Shown: one piece after another, positions 1 through 11,899 of the stretch
Numbering within the stretch: the first letter of the stretch is position 1
Layout: every line of letters starts with the position of its first letter
Source: an uncultured delta proteobacterium
Lineage (GTDB): Bacteria; Myxococcota_A; Polyangia; Polyangiales; Polyangiaceae
Length of the DNA stretch: 64,000 bases
Reading direction: 5' to 3'
Assembly: GCA_963841435.1 (NCBI GenBank)
Contig: CAWJCS010000002.1
Location: forward strand, 704,001 to 768,000
Program-made: the position numbers and the translations under genes
Notes under the pieces: generated by a model
Databases searched by the model: none
Told to the model about the DNA's origin: nothing
What the model saw: only the letters and a program-made list of their open reading frames with translations

Positions 1-997
1 TGCCGTCCTGGGGCATGGGCTTTTTGGCTTGAAAGGCCGCGTTCGGCGTGTCGACCTCGAACCCGTTGATCATCAGGTTCTCGTTCGAGGCTCCCGACAT
101 GAGCTGGGCGGCAAAGAGCACCTCGACGGGCTGACCCTCCATGGCGTCGAAGGTGAGATAGGAGCTCGTGGCGTCCGCCGTCGCGAGCGCGCGCACGCTC
201 GGGACGAGCCCGGTCGTCACGGAAACACCGTTCACCGAGATGTTGACGGGTGCGAAGGTGTTGCTGTCGGGGCTCTGCGTGACGTTGTGATACGTGAGCA
301 GCGTGTGGGAACCGGCGGACAGTCCGCTGATCGTGAGCTTTATCGCCGCACCCGGGTCGCCACCATCGACCGTGAGCCCGTCCCCCACGAGGCGGGCGTA
401 GCTCGGTGCTTGGATCCCGGCCTTGTACCAGTCCCCTTTGAGCGCGCTCCCGCTGCCCACCGTCTCGAAGGTGAACGCGATGCCTTCGAACGAGGCGCTG
501 ATCGACGGCGCTTGTTCTGGAACCCAGCTCGCGTAGGCCGGGTCCGTGACCTCCTGGGTGGGCCGCCCCGCAACGTCGAGATCGATTTTGATGGAGGGAG
601 GCACCGGAGGTAGGGGCGGCGCCCCAGCCACGCCCGCGCTCCCGGACGCGCCTGCCGCCGGCGCGGCTCCGCTGCCTCCTTCTGCCGCGAGGCCGCCTGT
701 GCCTGCGCCGACGCCGCCGGCCGCGGGTCCCGCACCGCCTGCCGCTCCGGCCCCCGCGCCGCCGCCCCCCGTCGTCCCACCCTGATTCGCCCCGAAAGCT
801 CCGGCCCCACGGGCGGGGGACGTCCCGCTCGTGCCTCCCGTCGCCGTTCCGCCGTCGGCGGGCGCGCCGGTCGAGCCGCCCAGCCCCCCGCTGGACGAGA
901 CGCCGGGGGACGTTTGCGAGCCGCAACCGAGGAGCATCGCGCCGGCCGCCAGCAGAGCGGCCCCCTTGGGAGGGAGCGATCGGCCCGAGGGCGACAT
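1..997 (-). CDS. Secreted Gly-rich-linker lipoprotein, N-terminal part of a probable pectate lyase-type protein; runs off the left edge
   Basis: Not in the ORF track because its stop lies outside the window. My translation of the minus strand from ATG 997 gives MSPSGRSLPPRGAALLAAGAMLLGC (lipobox), a Gly/Ala/Thr linker, then IKIDLDVAGRPTQEVTDPAYASW...GDGLTVDG...LTISGLSAGSHTLLTYHN...INGFEVDTPN. From memory this resembles the N-terminal domain of Bacteroidetes-type PL1 pectate lyases; the catalytic part is outside the window. Confidence 0.6.
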   Translation of the reverse strand, partial: MSPSGRSLPPKGAALLAAGAMLLGCGSQTSPGVSSSGGLGGSTGAPADGGTATGGTSGTSPARGAGAFGANQGGTTGGGGAGAGAAGGAGPAAGGVGAGTGGLAAEGGSGAAPAAGASGSAGVAGAPPLPPVPPSIKIDLDVAGRPTQEVTDPAYASWVPEQAPSISASFEGIAFTFETVGSGSALKGDWYKAGIQAPSYARLVGDGLTVDGGDPGAAIKLTISGLSAGSHTLLTYHNVTQSPDSNTFAPVNISVNGVSVTTGLVPSVRALATADATSSYLTFDAMEGQPVEVLFAAQLMSGASNENLMINGFEVDTPNAAFQAKKPMPQDG

Positions 998-1079
998 CAC
1001 CCCAAGGGTTGCCGACCCCCGCCTCGCGCCGTTCATTTCTTTTTGGCGCTTCGGGCTGCGGCAGGCTTCAAACGCCTCG

Positions 1080-1973
1080 TCAGCGAGGAACGCGTGGCCT
1101 GCGCACTGGCGGCGTCGCGGGCGAGGGCGAGCGCGACGGTGGCGGCGTGTCCGATCGAGGCGGAGGCGAGCTCTCGGCCTCGAGCCTCGCGTCCGGAACG
1201 CGCGTGCTCACGGGCGTGGAGGTGCGGCGGCCGGCGGCGTCGCTGGGGGCGCGGGGTTGCTGGGCGAGCCGGCCCGGGGCGAGAATTCGCGCGACCTCGT
1301 CGCTCAACGTGGCGGTCACGCGAGCGCCACTCGAGCGGCGCGAGACGGGCGGCGGGTCGGGCGCTGGCGGGACCGACGAGGCACGGCGAAAATGCGCGTC
1401 GATGCGCGCGCGGTCCGCGAACGTCTGGTTTTCGACCCGGAGCGGCTCGGCGTGCGACTCGCGCGCGAAGCGCTCGGCAGCGTGGATCGCCGCCGCGGCG
1501 AACAGGCCGAGCAGCCGCGTGGCGCGTGGACGCCCCGGCACACCGACCGTCAGCGTGAGCCCGCTCGGCGTCCGAGCGAGCTCGAACGTGATCTCGACGT
1601 CGACGAACGGGTGCTCGAGCGGGCCGCGCAGCCGCGCCACGGTGCCGTAGAGGTCGCCCACGCGCACGACGGCGGCCGCTTGCACGAGCTGGCGCGCGAG
1701 CATCTCGCAGGCGACGCGCTCGAGCACCTTGCCGCTACCGTCTCCGAGCGCCTGGTCGAACGCGACCAAGGCCTCCTCGCCCTCGTCGAGCGGAATTGAA
1801 TCGAGGGCCGCCGTGGCGCGCAGCCGGTCGAGCGACAGGTGCGGCCTCACCCGGCTCGGGACGCGCTCTGGCAGCGCGCTCACCTCGGCGGCACCGAGCT
1901 CCCGCTCGGCCGCCTCGAGCAGGTTCCGAAGGAACCACGCTCTGAGCTTCGCTGTGCCTGGGCTCCCCGTCAC
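1080..1973 (-). CDS. Hypothetical myxobacterial protein with Pro/Ser/Arg-rich C-terminal tail
   Basis: C-terminal part of the 743-aa ORF (LRAWFLRNLLEAAERELG...) reads as a globular protein. The upstream part is a shadow of the metB-like gene. GTG start at 1973 is an estimate. Confidence 0.6.
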   Translation of the reverse strand: MTGSPGTAKLRAWFLRNLLEAAERELGAAEVSALPERVPSRVRPHLSLDRLRATAALDSIPLDEGEEALVAFDQALGDGSGKVLERVACEMLARQLVQAAAVVRVGDLYGTVARLRGPLEHPFVDVEITFELARTPSGLTLTVGVPGRPRATRLLGLFAAAAIHAAERFARESHAEPLRVENQTFADRARIDAHFRRASSVPPAPDPPPVSRRSSGARVTATLSDEVARILAPGRLAQQPRAPSDAAGRRTSTPVSTRVPDARLEAESSPPPRSDTPPPSRSPSPATPPVRRPRVPR

Positions 1974-2007
1974 GGGGATGAAGCTAGAGCCCTTGTCGCC
2001 CGTTTTC

Positions 2008-2041
2008 AATGAAAGGCCGGGACGACGGGGTTCCCGGCCTT
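2008..2041 (-). terminator. Probable intrinsic terminator after the proS-metB-like pair
   Basis: 10-bp inverted repeat AAGGCCGGGA (2013-2022) / TCCCGGCCTT (2032-2041), with a short T-rich end on the minus strand, just past the stop at 2060. Confidence 0.5.
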
Positions 2042-2059
2042 CCGGGCGCGGGCATCGGT

Positions 2060-3256
2060 CTAGCTTGCGTCGAGTGCCGCCAGCAGGTCGCCGAGGACAT
2101 CCGAGGTTTCCTCCACGCCCACCGATAGTCGGATGAGACCGGGGTCGATGCCGAGCCGAACGAGCTCTTCCTGTCCGAGCTCGAAGTAGCTCATGATCGC
2201 GGGCTGCTCGATCAGGGTTTCCACGCCGCCGAGTGACGGAGCGATCCGCGCCAGCCGACTCCTGTCGACGACCCGCGACGCTGCGGCGCGGCCACCCTTC
2301 ACGACGAAGCTCACCACGCCGCCGCCGCCCGCCATCTGGGCGCGTGCCACGGCGAACGACGGATGGCTCTCGAGCAGGGGGTAGTAGACGCGCTCGACGG
2401 CGGGATGACCCTCGAGCGCGCGCGCCACGGCCAGCGCCGTTGCGTTCTGGCGCTCGACGCGCAGCGCCAGCGTCTTGATGCCACGGATGCAGAGGAAGGC
2501 GGCATGCGGATCGAGCACGCTGCCGAGCACGCCGCGCGTCTCGCGCAGGAGCGACACGAGGTGGCTCGGCCCCACGGCGACGCCACCGAGTACGTCGTTG
2601 TGGCCCGACAGATATTTGGTCGCGCTGTGCACGACCAGGTCCACGCCGTGGTCGAGGGGGCGGCAGTTGACGGGCGTCGCGAAGGTGGAGTCGACGAGCG
2701 TCTTGATGCGGCCGCGCTGCTTCACGATCCCGACGAGCCGCGCGAAATCGACACAGTAGAGCAGCGGGTTCGTCGGCGACTCGCTCAGAACGAGGCGCGT
2801 GTTGTCCTTGAGTGCCGCCTCGAATGCGCCGAGGTCGCCCGGCGGCACCACGCTGTGCTCCACGCCGAAACGCGTCAAGACGACGGTCACGAGCTGGCGC
2901 GTGCGCCGGTAGCAGTCGTTGAACAAGACCACGTGCTCGCCCGACTTCACGAGCGAGAGTAGGGCCGTCGTGACGGCGCCCATGCCGCTCGAGAACGCCA
3001 CGCCGTCCTCGGCGCCTTCGAGCGCCGCCACGCGTCGCTCGAGCTCGCGAACCGTCGGGTTGCCGTAACGGCCGTATTCCTCGCGCTCGGGATCGGGATC
3101 TTCGCCGCGCATGTAGCGCTCGAGCACCCCGGTGTTCTCGAAGGTGTAGGTCGCCGTCTGCGCGACACTCGGCGCGAGGGTGTGATGGGGGCGCTCGCCG
3201 GAGAGCCCGCCGTGGACGGCGTCGGTCGACGTTGCTCGCTTGCGCTCGTCGCTCAT
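2060..3256 (-). CDS. metB: Cystathionine gamma-synthase family PLP-dependent transsulfuration enzyme
   Basis: Motifs YGRYGNPT, FSSGMGA, ESPTNP, DSTFATP, HSATKYLSGHND (PLP Lys), SLGGVE and RLSVGVE. Confidence 0.85.
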   Translation of the reverse strand: MSDERKRATSTDAVHGGLSGERPHHTLAPSVAQTATYTFENTGVLERYMRGEDPDPEREEYGRYGNPTVRELERRVAALEGAEDGVAFSSGMGAVTTALLSLVKSGEHVVLFNDCYRRTRQLVTVVLTRFGVEHSVVPPGDLGAFEAALKDNTRLVLSESPTNPLLYCVDFARLVGIVKQRGRIKTLVDSTFATPVNCRPLDHGVDLVVHSATKYLSGHNDVLGGVAVGPSHLVSLLRETRGVLGSVLDPHAAFLCIRGIKTLALRVERQNATALAVARALEGHPAVERVYYPLLESHPSFAVARAQMAGGGGVVSFVVKGGRAAASRVVDRSRLARIAPSLGGVETLIEQPAIMSYFELGQEELVRLGIDPGLIRLSVGVEETSDVLGDLLAALDAS

Positions 3257-4980
3257 GGTGCTCCCTTTGCGAGGGCCGCCTCGACGCGCGCAGCAAGCAC
3301 TCCCACGGCATCGCCGAGCGGCACGAGCTCGGCCTTCTTGGGGTCGGGCTCGCTGCGCGGCTTGAGCTCGAGCGCGCCGTTCTTCAGCCCCTTTTCGCCA
3401 ATCGTCACGCGCAGTGGGATGCCGATCAGGTCGGCGTCCTTGAACTTCACGCCGGGGCGCTCGTCACGGTCGTCGACCAGCACTTCGATTCCCGCGCGCT
3501 CGAGGCCGGCCTCGAGCGCGAGCGTCGCGTCGCTGACGCCCTGGCTCTCACCGAGCGGGACGACGTGGACTTGGTAGGGGGCGAGCGTCATCGGCCAGCG
3601 GATGCCGTTGTCGTCGTGGTGCTGCTCGACCACGGTGGCCACGAGCCGGGACACGCCGATGCCGTAGCAGCCCATCACGATGGTCTGCTCCTTGCCCGCG
3701 AGGTCGAGGTAGCTCGCGCCCATCGCCTGGGTGTAGCGCGTGCCGAGCAGAAAGATGTGGCCGGCCTCGATGCCGCGATAGAGCTGGAGCGCCGCGCCGC
3801 AGCTCGGGCATGCGTCGCCTGCGACGACGCTGCGGATCTCGGCCGTGGACCCCTCGAAGTCTCGTCCGTAAACGACGTGCTTGAGGTGAAGGTCGGTCTC
3901 GTTGGCCCCGGTGACGGCGTCGGCGACGGCTGCTGCATCACGGTCGATCAGCACTTTGCCGCGGAAGCCCAGCGGCCCGGCGAACCCCACGGCCGCGCCG
4001 GTCGCCTTCCTGACGTCGTCGGCCGACGCGAGGAACACCTCGCCGACGCCGAGCGCGCGCGCGAGCTTGATCTCGTTCACCTCGTGGTCGCCGCGCACGA
4101 CGGCGAGCACGAGGTCGCCTCCCGCGACGTAGACGAGGCTCTTCAAGAAGCGCGCTGGGCTCGTGCCGAGCAGCTTCGACACGTCCTCGATGGTGCCGGC
4201 GCCGGGCGTCGGCACGCGCTCGACGGCCGGCACGTCGCCCCGAGCGGCGTCGGCGGGCGGCGCCTTGGCCGTCGCCACCTCGAGGTTCGCGGCGTAGTCG
4301 CACGACCCGCACGCGGCGAGCTGATCCTCGCCGCTCTGCACGAGCACCTGGAACTCGGCGCTCGCGGAGCCGCCCATGCTGCCCGAATCGGCGCCCACCA
4401 TGCGGTAAGCGAGCCGCATGCGGTCGAAGATACGCGAGTACGCAACGCGCATGCTCTCGTAGCCGAGTCGCGCGTCCGCCTCGTCGACGTGGAACGAGTA
4501 GGCGTCCTTCATGATGAACTCGCGCCCGCGCAAAAGGCCGCTTCGCGGGCGTGGCTCGTCCCGGAACTTCGTCTGGATCTGGTAGAGGTTCTTCGGAAGG
4601 TCGCGGTAGCTCTTGATCTCGCGTCGCGCCAGATCGGTGATGATCTCCTCGTGGGTCGGTCCGAGGTGATAGTCACCGCGCTTCCGGTCTTTGAGACGAA
4701 AGAGCGTGTCGCCGAACACGTCCCAGCGGCCGCTCTCCTGGAAGTACTCGGCCGGCAAGAGCGCGGGCAGGAGCACTTCCTCCGCGCCGGCTCGGTTCAT
4801 CTCCTCACGAACGACGCCTTCGATTTTTCTGAGCACGCGCACGCCGAGCGGCAGAAAACTGTAGATGCCGGCACCCACGCGCCGGATGCAGCCGGCGCGC
4901 GAGAGCAGCACGTGGCTCTTGCTCGTCGCATCGGCGGGAGCTTCTTTGAGAGTGGGGAGGAGCGAGCGGCGGTAGCGCAT
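3253..4980 (-). CDS. proS: Proline--tRNA ligase (bacterial type with INS editing domain)
   Basis: LLPTLKEAPADA, LGPTHEE, YQIQTKFRDEPRPRSGLLRGREFIMKDAYSF, GCYGIGVSR and DDRDERPGVKFKDADLIGIP. Start reset to ATG 4980. Confidence 0.97.
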   Translation of the reverse strand: MRYRRSLLPTLKEAPADATSKSHVLLSRAGCIRRVGAGIYSFLPLGVRVLRKIEGVVREEMNRAGAEEVLLPALLPAEYFQESGRWDVFGDTLFRLKDRKRGDYHLGPTHEEIITDLARREIKSYRDLPKNLYQIQTKFRDEPRPRSGLLRGREFIMKDAYSFHVDEADARLGYESMRVAYSRIFDRMRLAYRMVGADSGSMGGSASAEFQVLVQSGEDQLAACGSCDYAANLEVATAKAPPADAARGDVPAVERVPTPGAGTIEDVSKLLGTSPARFLKSLVYVAGGDLVLAVVRGDHEVNEIKLARALGVGEVFLASADDVRKATGAAVGFAGPLGFRGKVLIDRDAAAVADAVTGANETDLHLKHVVYGRDFEGSTAEIRSVVAGDACPSCGAALQLYRGIEAGHIFLLGTRYTQAMGASYLDLAGKEQTIVMGCYGIGVSRLVATVVEQHHDDNGIRWPMTLAPYQVHVVPLGESQGVSDATLALEAGLERAGIEVLVDDRDERPGVKFKDADLIGIPLRVTIGEKGLKNGALELKPRSEPDPKKAELVPLGDAVGVLAARVEAALAKGAP

Positions 4981-5138
4981 GGGGGCTTTCGGGCCGGCAA
5001 ACCTAGCAAAACGCCCGGACTCCGGACGGGCCGGCTCGCATTCCCCTGTTATGCCGCCTCGGAGTCCTCCTGGGCTGGTCGCGAGCTGCCTCACTAATAT
5101 TCCATAATAATTACGAAAACTTGTTCGTCAAATCGCCT

Positions 5139-5163
5139 ATTTCCTACTGGCCACACCGGAAAT
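5139..5163. promoter_or_regulatory. Candidate operator (Rrf2/CymR-like inverted repeat) upstream of the sulfite reductase
   Basis: ATTTCC-N13-GGAAAT (25 bp) inside an AT-rich divergent promoter region. The family assignment is inference from size and context. Confidence 0.35.
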
Positions 5164-5222
5164 GTCGGGTACATCTTGCCCACCGGCTCGGCTAGCGTGC
5201 CGGGCCACTAAGAGCAGACGCC

Positions 5223-7478
<2,256 letters not shown>

Positions 7479-7492
7479 CGAACGATTGAGCC

Positions 7493-8059
7493 ATGCAATC
7501 CAAACGCATCAACGTCAAAGTGTATCTCGACGGCGAGCTGCCGAGCGACCGCCTCATCCCAGTGTTTCACCGCTGGATCCGCGAGAAGGTGCTCGACGAG
7601 CTCGCCATCAACGTCGCCGACTACGGCCACGTCCACCAGGGTCCGGGCGTCGTCTTGATCGGCCATGCCTTCGACTACTTCTTCGAGGAAAGCGAAGGGC
7701 GACCGGGCCTCACGTATGCGCGTAAGCGCGACGCGCCGCCGCCCGACGAGCGTTTGCTCGACGCCGTCCGGCGAGCGCTCTCGGGCGCGCGACGGCTCGA
7801 GCAGGATCCGGCGCTTCCGGGCGTCCGCTTCCGCGCCGACGAGCTGCTCGTGAGGCTTCCCGATCGGCTGAACGCGCCGCGCGATGCCGCCGGGCTCGAG
7901 GCCCTGAAAGCCGAGCTTTCGCCGATCGTCGCCCGGATCTCGAACCCCGGTGGCGCGAGCATCGAGCAGGCCGGTACGCCGCGCGACCCGCTGTCGGCCC
8001 GCGTGACGATCCGCTCCGGGCCGAGCTCGGTCGCCGATCTGCTCGCGCGGCTCGGCTGA
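7493..8059 (+). CDS. Hypothetical protein co-transcribed with the sulfite reductase
   Basis: 188-aa ORF 14 bp downstream on the same strand, with globular composition (IPVFHRWI, DYGHVHQGPGVVLIGH, LNAP). Confidence 0.75.
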   Translation: MQSKRINVKVYLDGELPSDRLIPVFHRWIREKVLDELAINVADYGHVHQGPGVVLIGHAFDYFFEESEGRPGLTYARKRDAPPPDERLLDAVRRALSGARRLEQDPALPGVRFRADELLVRLPDRLNAPRDAAGLEALKAELSPIVARISNPGGASIEQAGTPRDPLSARVTIRSGPSSVADLLARLG

Positions 8060-8071
8060 GCGGCCGCGCCG

Positions 8072-8677
8072 TCAGGCTTCCGGCGCCGGCGCGGCGAGCG
8101 CGCGCGCCACGAGCTTTTGGGCACGGGGCTCGAGCGGCAGGCTGAGCGCGGCGCTCCGCCCTCGCTCGCTCATCTTGCGCCAGGTCTTCTGCAGGATGGC
8201 GGTTGCCTTGTCCTGGTCGGGGTATTTCTCGAGGAAGGCGCCGATCTCGAACTCGAGGAACACGAGACAGAGCGCATCCTCCATGGTCTGCGCGTCCGGG
8301 TTCAGCGTGAGGTGCTGCTTTCTCACGATGCGCTCGACCGCCTCGAGGGTGTCGTCGTCGTAGCCGGCATCACGCAGCACGGCGCGCGCACGCTCCGCGT
8401 GGAATTTGCCGAGCGAGGTGCGCCAGCTCAAATAGCCGATGCGACCCTCGGGAAAGTCGCTGCGCGGTATCTTCCAGCGCTCGAGGTGCTGGCAATGGGC
8501 GGCGAGCCGGAGGGGCTCGCTGGCCTCCGGGTCCAGGCGTTCGACCCAGCGCGCGAGCCGCTCGGCCTGCAGCAGCAAGCGCGGCCGCTCGACCCCACGG
8601 TCGAACTCTCGCACGGGGTCCTCGGCATTGAGGGCGTCGAAGGCACGGATGGCGCGCTCGAAACGCTGATCGCTCAT
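8072..8677 (-). CDS. DUF4202 family protein
   Basis: FDALNAEDP, LRLAAHCQHLERWKIPRSDFPEGRIGYLSWR, QTMEDALCLVFLE and KTWRKMS. Confidence 0.85.
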   Translation of the reverse strand: MSDQRFERAIRAFDALNAEDPVREFDRGVERPRLLLQAERLARWVERLDPEASEPLRLAAHCQHLERWKIPRSDFPEGRIGYLSWRTSLGKFHAERARAVLRDAGYDDDTLEAVERIVRKQHLTLNPDAQTMEDALCLVFLEFEIGAFLEKYPDQDKATAILQKTWRKMSERGRSAALSLPLEPRAQKLVARALAAPAPEA

Positions 8678-8808
8678 TTTGGGCCTCGGACCGGGACGAC
8701 TTAGAATGCTTCGAACGCTAGCACCCCTGCGCGCGCCGTCGGCGGGGGGTCGCCGACCCGCGGGGCTCGCGAAGGATCCAGGCCAATGGTGCTAGCCTCT
8801 TTTCCCGG

Positions 8809-9792
8809 ATGAAGCAGCGCGAGCTCGGCACGACGGGTTTTCGAGTTTCCGAGATCGGCTTCGGAGCGTGGGCCATCGGCGGAACCTGGGGCAATGTGCG
8901 CGACGAGGACTCGCTCGCGGCGCTCCACCGTGCGCTCGACGCCGGCGTGACGTTCTTCGACACGGCCGACGTGTACGGCGACGGGCGGAGCGAGCGCCTG
9001 CTCGGCAAGCTTCGCCGTGAGCGGAAAGAGCCGTTCGTGATCGCCACGAAGGCCGGTCGTCGCATCGCGAAGCACGACGCCGATGCCTACACGAAACAGA
9101 ACCTCACGGCGTGGGTGGACGCGAGCCTCGAGAACATCGGGGTGGACGCGATCGATCTCCTGCAGCTGCACGCCCCACCGAACGAGGTCTACTACCGGCC
9201 CGAGGTCTTCGGTGTGCTCGACGACCTCGTCAAGGACGGGAAGATTCGCTTCTACGGCGTGAGCGTGGAACGTGTGGAGGAGGGTCTCAAGGCGCTCGAA
9301 TACCCCGGCGTGCAGTCGGTGCAGATCGTCTTCAACCTGTTCCGCCAGCGACCGGCCAAGCTCTTCTTCCCCGAAGCGCTGCACAAGAAAGTGGGCATCA
9401 TCGTGCGGATTCCGCTGTCGTCCGGCATGCTGACCGGCAAAATGACTCGCGGCACGACCTTCGAAAAGGACGACCATCGCGCGTTCAACCGTCACGGCGC
9501 GGCGTTCGACCGGGGCGAAACGTTCTCGGGTGTCGACTACGAGCTCGGCCTCTCGGTCGTGGAGGACCTCCGGAGCCTTCTTCCCCCTGGTTTTTCGCTC
9601 GTCAACCTCGCGCTTCGCTACGTTCTCGACTTCGACGCCGTGAGCACCGTGATCCCCGGGGCGAAGAGCCCGGAGCAGGTGACCGCGAACGTGCGCGCTG
9701 CCTCGCTCCCGCCGCTCGGCGCGGATCTGCACGGGCGGTTGCGGCGGCTTTACGACGCACGGCTCGCGCCGCACGTGCACCAGCGCTGGTAG
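8809..9792 (+). CDS. Aldo/keto reductase
   Basis: LGTTGFRVSEIGFGAW, FFDTADVYGDGRSE, ATK, DLLQLH, GKIRFYGVS and VIPGAKSPEQV. Confidence 0.93.
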   Translation: MKQRELGTTGFRVSEIGFGAWAIGGTWGNVRDEDSLAALHRALDAGVTFFDTADVYGDGRSERLLGKLRRERKEPFVIATKAGRRIAKHDADAYTKQNLTAWVDASLENIGVDAIDLLQLHAPPNEVYYRPEVFGVLDDLVKDGKIRFYGVSVERVEEGLKALEYPGVQSVQIVFNLFRQRPAKLFFPEALHKKVGIIVRIPLSSGMLTGKMTRGTTFEKDDHRAFNRHGAAFDRGETFSGVDYELGLSVVEDLRSLLPPGFSLVNLALRYVLDFDAVSTVIPGAKSPEQVTANVRAASLPPLGADLHGRLRRLYDARLAPHVHQRW

Positions 9793-9794
9793 GG

Positions 9795-10832
9795 ATGGCG
9801 CTTCGAGCTCGTGGCGGCGCGTCACTTGCCGGCTGCGCGAGCGCGGCCCTGCTCGTGTGCCTTGCGTCCGTCGCCCGGGCCGAAACCGAGGCGATCCGCG
9901 TCGAGTATCACGGTGTCACGGGGTGTCCGAGCGAGGCCGCGTTTCTCGAGCAGGTCTTTCGGCGCACGTCGAGCGCGCGGCTCGTGCCCGAGTCGCAGTC
10001 GGCGCGAACCTTCGTGGTGTCGATCGACCGAGACGCCACCGGCCTCGTCGGCAGTCTCGTCATTCGCGAGACGAACGGGACGACGCTCGCGCGAACCGTG
10101 CGGGGAGCCGCGTGCGAGGACGTCGCGGGTGTGCTCGCCCTCGCCACGGCCCTCGCCATCGATCCGAATGCTGCGCTAGCGCCGGCCGAAACCCTCGCTG
10201 CGGCCGAGCCGTCGGGCTCCGCGCCCGAGCCCACCCCCGAGCCCGGGCCCACCGACGAGGCTCCCCCCGAGCGCTTCGGCAAGACGCCCGTGCCTTCGGA
10301 GTCGTCGAACGGGCCGACGTGGAGCGGGGCGCTCGGTCCTTCCCTTGCGGCGCTCGTGGCGCCTCATTGGTCGGTCGGTGGAACGCTTTCGTTTCGGGCC
10401 ATGCGGGGCCAGCACTCGCCGCTCGCCTCCTATGGCGTCAACCTCACGGTCGTGAAGGCGCTCGAGTCCGGCGACGGCTCGCCGAGCGCCTCGTATGCCT
10501 TCTTCTGGGCACGTCCCGACGCCTGCCTCCCGGGGCTCACGCTCGAGCAAAGGCTGGCACTCATGCCCTGCGTGGGTCTCGAGGTCGGCGCCGTGAATGC
10601 GCGCGGCTCGAACATCGCCATCGGCGAGTCACGCACGCGCTTCTGGGCGACGGCCGATTGGATCGCTCGTTTGCGCGTGGCTCCGGGCGACGCATGGTTC
10701 GTCGAGATCGACGCGGCGCTCGTGCTGCCAATCACCCGCTATTCGTTCGTATTTCGCGATCCCGACACGCCGATCCACACCGTGCCCGCGCTCGCCAGCG
10801 TGCTCGGCGCGCGCCTCGGGCTCGTGCTCTGA
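9795..10832 (+). CDS. Secreted/outer-membrane protein of the type found beside myxobacterial ECF modules
   Basis: Signal peptide, CPSEAAF...ACEDV N-domain, Pro-rich linker, then amphipathic beta-strands ending GARLGLVL. Start reset to ATG 9795. Confidence 0.7.
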   Translation: MALRARGGASLAGCASAALLVCLASVARAETEAIRVEYHGVTGCPSEAAFLEQVFRRTSSARLVPESQSARTFVVSIDRDATGLVGSLVIRETNGTTLARTVRGAACEDVAGVLALATALAIDPNAALAPAETLAAAEPSGSAPEPTPEPGPTDEAPPERFGKTPVPSESSNGPTWSGALGPSLAALVAPHWSVGGTLSFRAMRGQHSPLASYGVNLTVVKALESGDGSPSASYAFFWARPDACLPGLTLEQRLALMPCVGLEVGAVNARGSNIAIGESRTRFWATADWIARLRVAPGDAWFVEIDAALVLPITRYSFVFRDPDTPIHTVPALASVLGARLGLVL

Positions 10833-10836
10833 GCCG

Positions 10837-11895
10837 TCAGAGTCCGACTTCGTGCCTCACGCCACCTGGCAGGTTGGTAAAGCGCGAGGTGGGGCAATGG
10901 GGCGGCGAATCGAAGCGGTTGTTGTGGTCCGTGGGCAGCACGACGCCGCCGTTCGCGGTCGGCGTCGCGAGGAAGCCGGAGGCCGGCTCGGCGTCGGCGC
11001 ACGTCGTGAGCTCGCGGTAGCCGACGCGGGTGGTCCATTCCGTGCTGAGTGACGAGAGTTGCCCCCAATCCTTCGGCACCAGCATGCGACCGTACATGAG
11101 CTCGATTCCCGTCGTGGTGTCGAGGATCCAGGCACCAATCCAGATGTCGCCGGTCACGTCAACCGACTCGCGTCCAGCGCGAAGTCGGTAGGTGTGACAC
11201 GGAGCGAGCGTATAGCGGGCGTGGATCGTGAGCCAGTCGAGGCCGCGCGCCGTGTTCGGAGCGATGCGGGCGTCGGGGTAAGCGATCTCGCCGAGCTCGG
11301 CGCGGATGGGTGGCCCCGCGATCCAGAAGACGATCATGTTCGTGATCTCGTAGGGCCCGTCGGGCGGATCGGCGCTGTAGCCGCCGTTCACCTGGATCCC
11401 CGTGAAGCCACCGCCGCTCGCGACGAAGCCGAACTGATGGGCCCACATGTACCCGTCGGTGAGGTTGTCGCGCTCGACCTCCACCTGCCACTCGAGCATG
11501 TCCATGGGGCCGGGCCAGAACCAGTCGGTGTACGTGTTGGTCATGGCGATGTCGGTGCCCGCCGGATTGGTGGGGCCCGGGGGGTCGGTCGGCAGGCAGC
11601 TCAGCGGCTCGGCGCCGGCCTCGCCTCCGGTGCCGCCGGAAGGTTGCCCCCCGGTGCCGCTCGAGCCGCTCGAGCCGCTCGAGCCGCTCGTCCCCGCGGT
11701 ACCGCTGCTGCCTCCCGAGCCGCTCGAGCCTCCTGGGCCGCTCGCCGCGCCGCTCGAGCCCGCGGTCCCTGCGTTTTCGGGGCGTCCGAACGAGCCGAGC
11801 GGGACTTCATCGGTGCAGCTCCACCCCCCGAGCGCCCCACCAAGGAGCAGCGCGAGCGCGGCTTTCCTGCTCGTGTCGGCGCGGGTCGGCGACAC
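10837..11895 (-). CDS. Gly/Ser-linker lipoprotein with DUF3472-like beta-sandwich domain
   Basis: Signal ending GGWSC, (SGS)n linker, then YMWAHQFGF...GGGFTGIQ. The domain call is from memory. Confidence 0.6.
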   Translation of the reverse strand: MSPTRADTSRKAALALLLGGALGGWSCTDEVPLGSFGRPENAGTAGSSGAASGPGGSSGSGGSSGTAGTSGSSGSSGSSGTGGQPSGGTGGEAGAEPLSCLPTDPPGPTNPAGTDIAMTNTYTDWFWPGPMDMLEWQVEVERDNLTDGYMWAHQFGFVASGGGFTGIQVNGGYSADPPDGPYEITNMIVFWIAGPPIRAELGEIAYPDARIAPNTARGLDWLTIHARYTLAPCHTYRLRAGRESVDVTGDIWIGAWILDTTTGIELMYGRMLVPKDWGQLSSLSTEWTTRVGYRELTTCADAEPASGFLATPTANGGVVLPTDHNNRFDSPPHCPTSRFTNLPGGVRHEVGL

Positions 11896-11899
11896 GACC

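Noticed and set aside
1974-3311. 743-aa ORF as a single protein
   Set aside because: The N-terminal part overlaps the metB-like gene out of frame and crosses a terminator-like hairpin; only the part from about 1973 looks real.
11656-11690. Short (GCCGCTCGA)n repeat
   Set aside because: It simply encodes the SGS linker of the lipoprotein; no separate function is evident.
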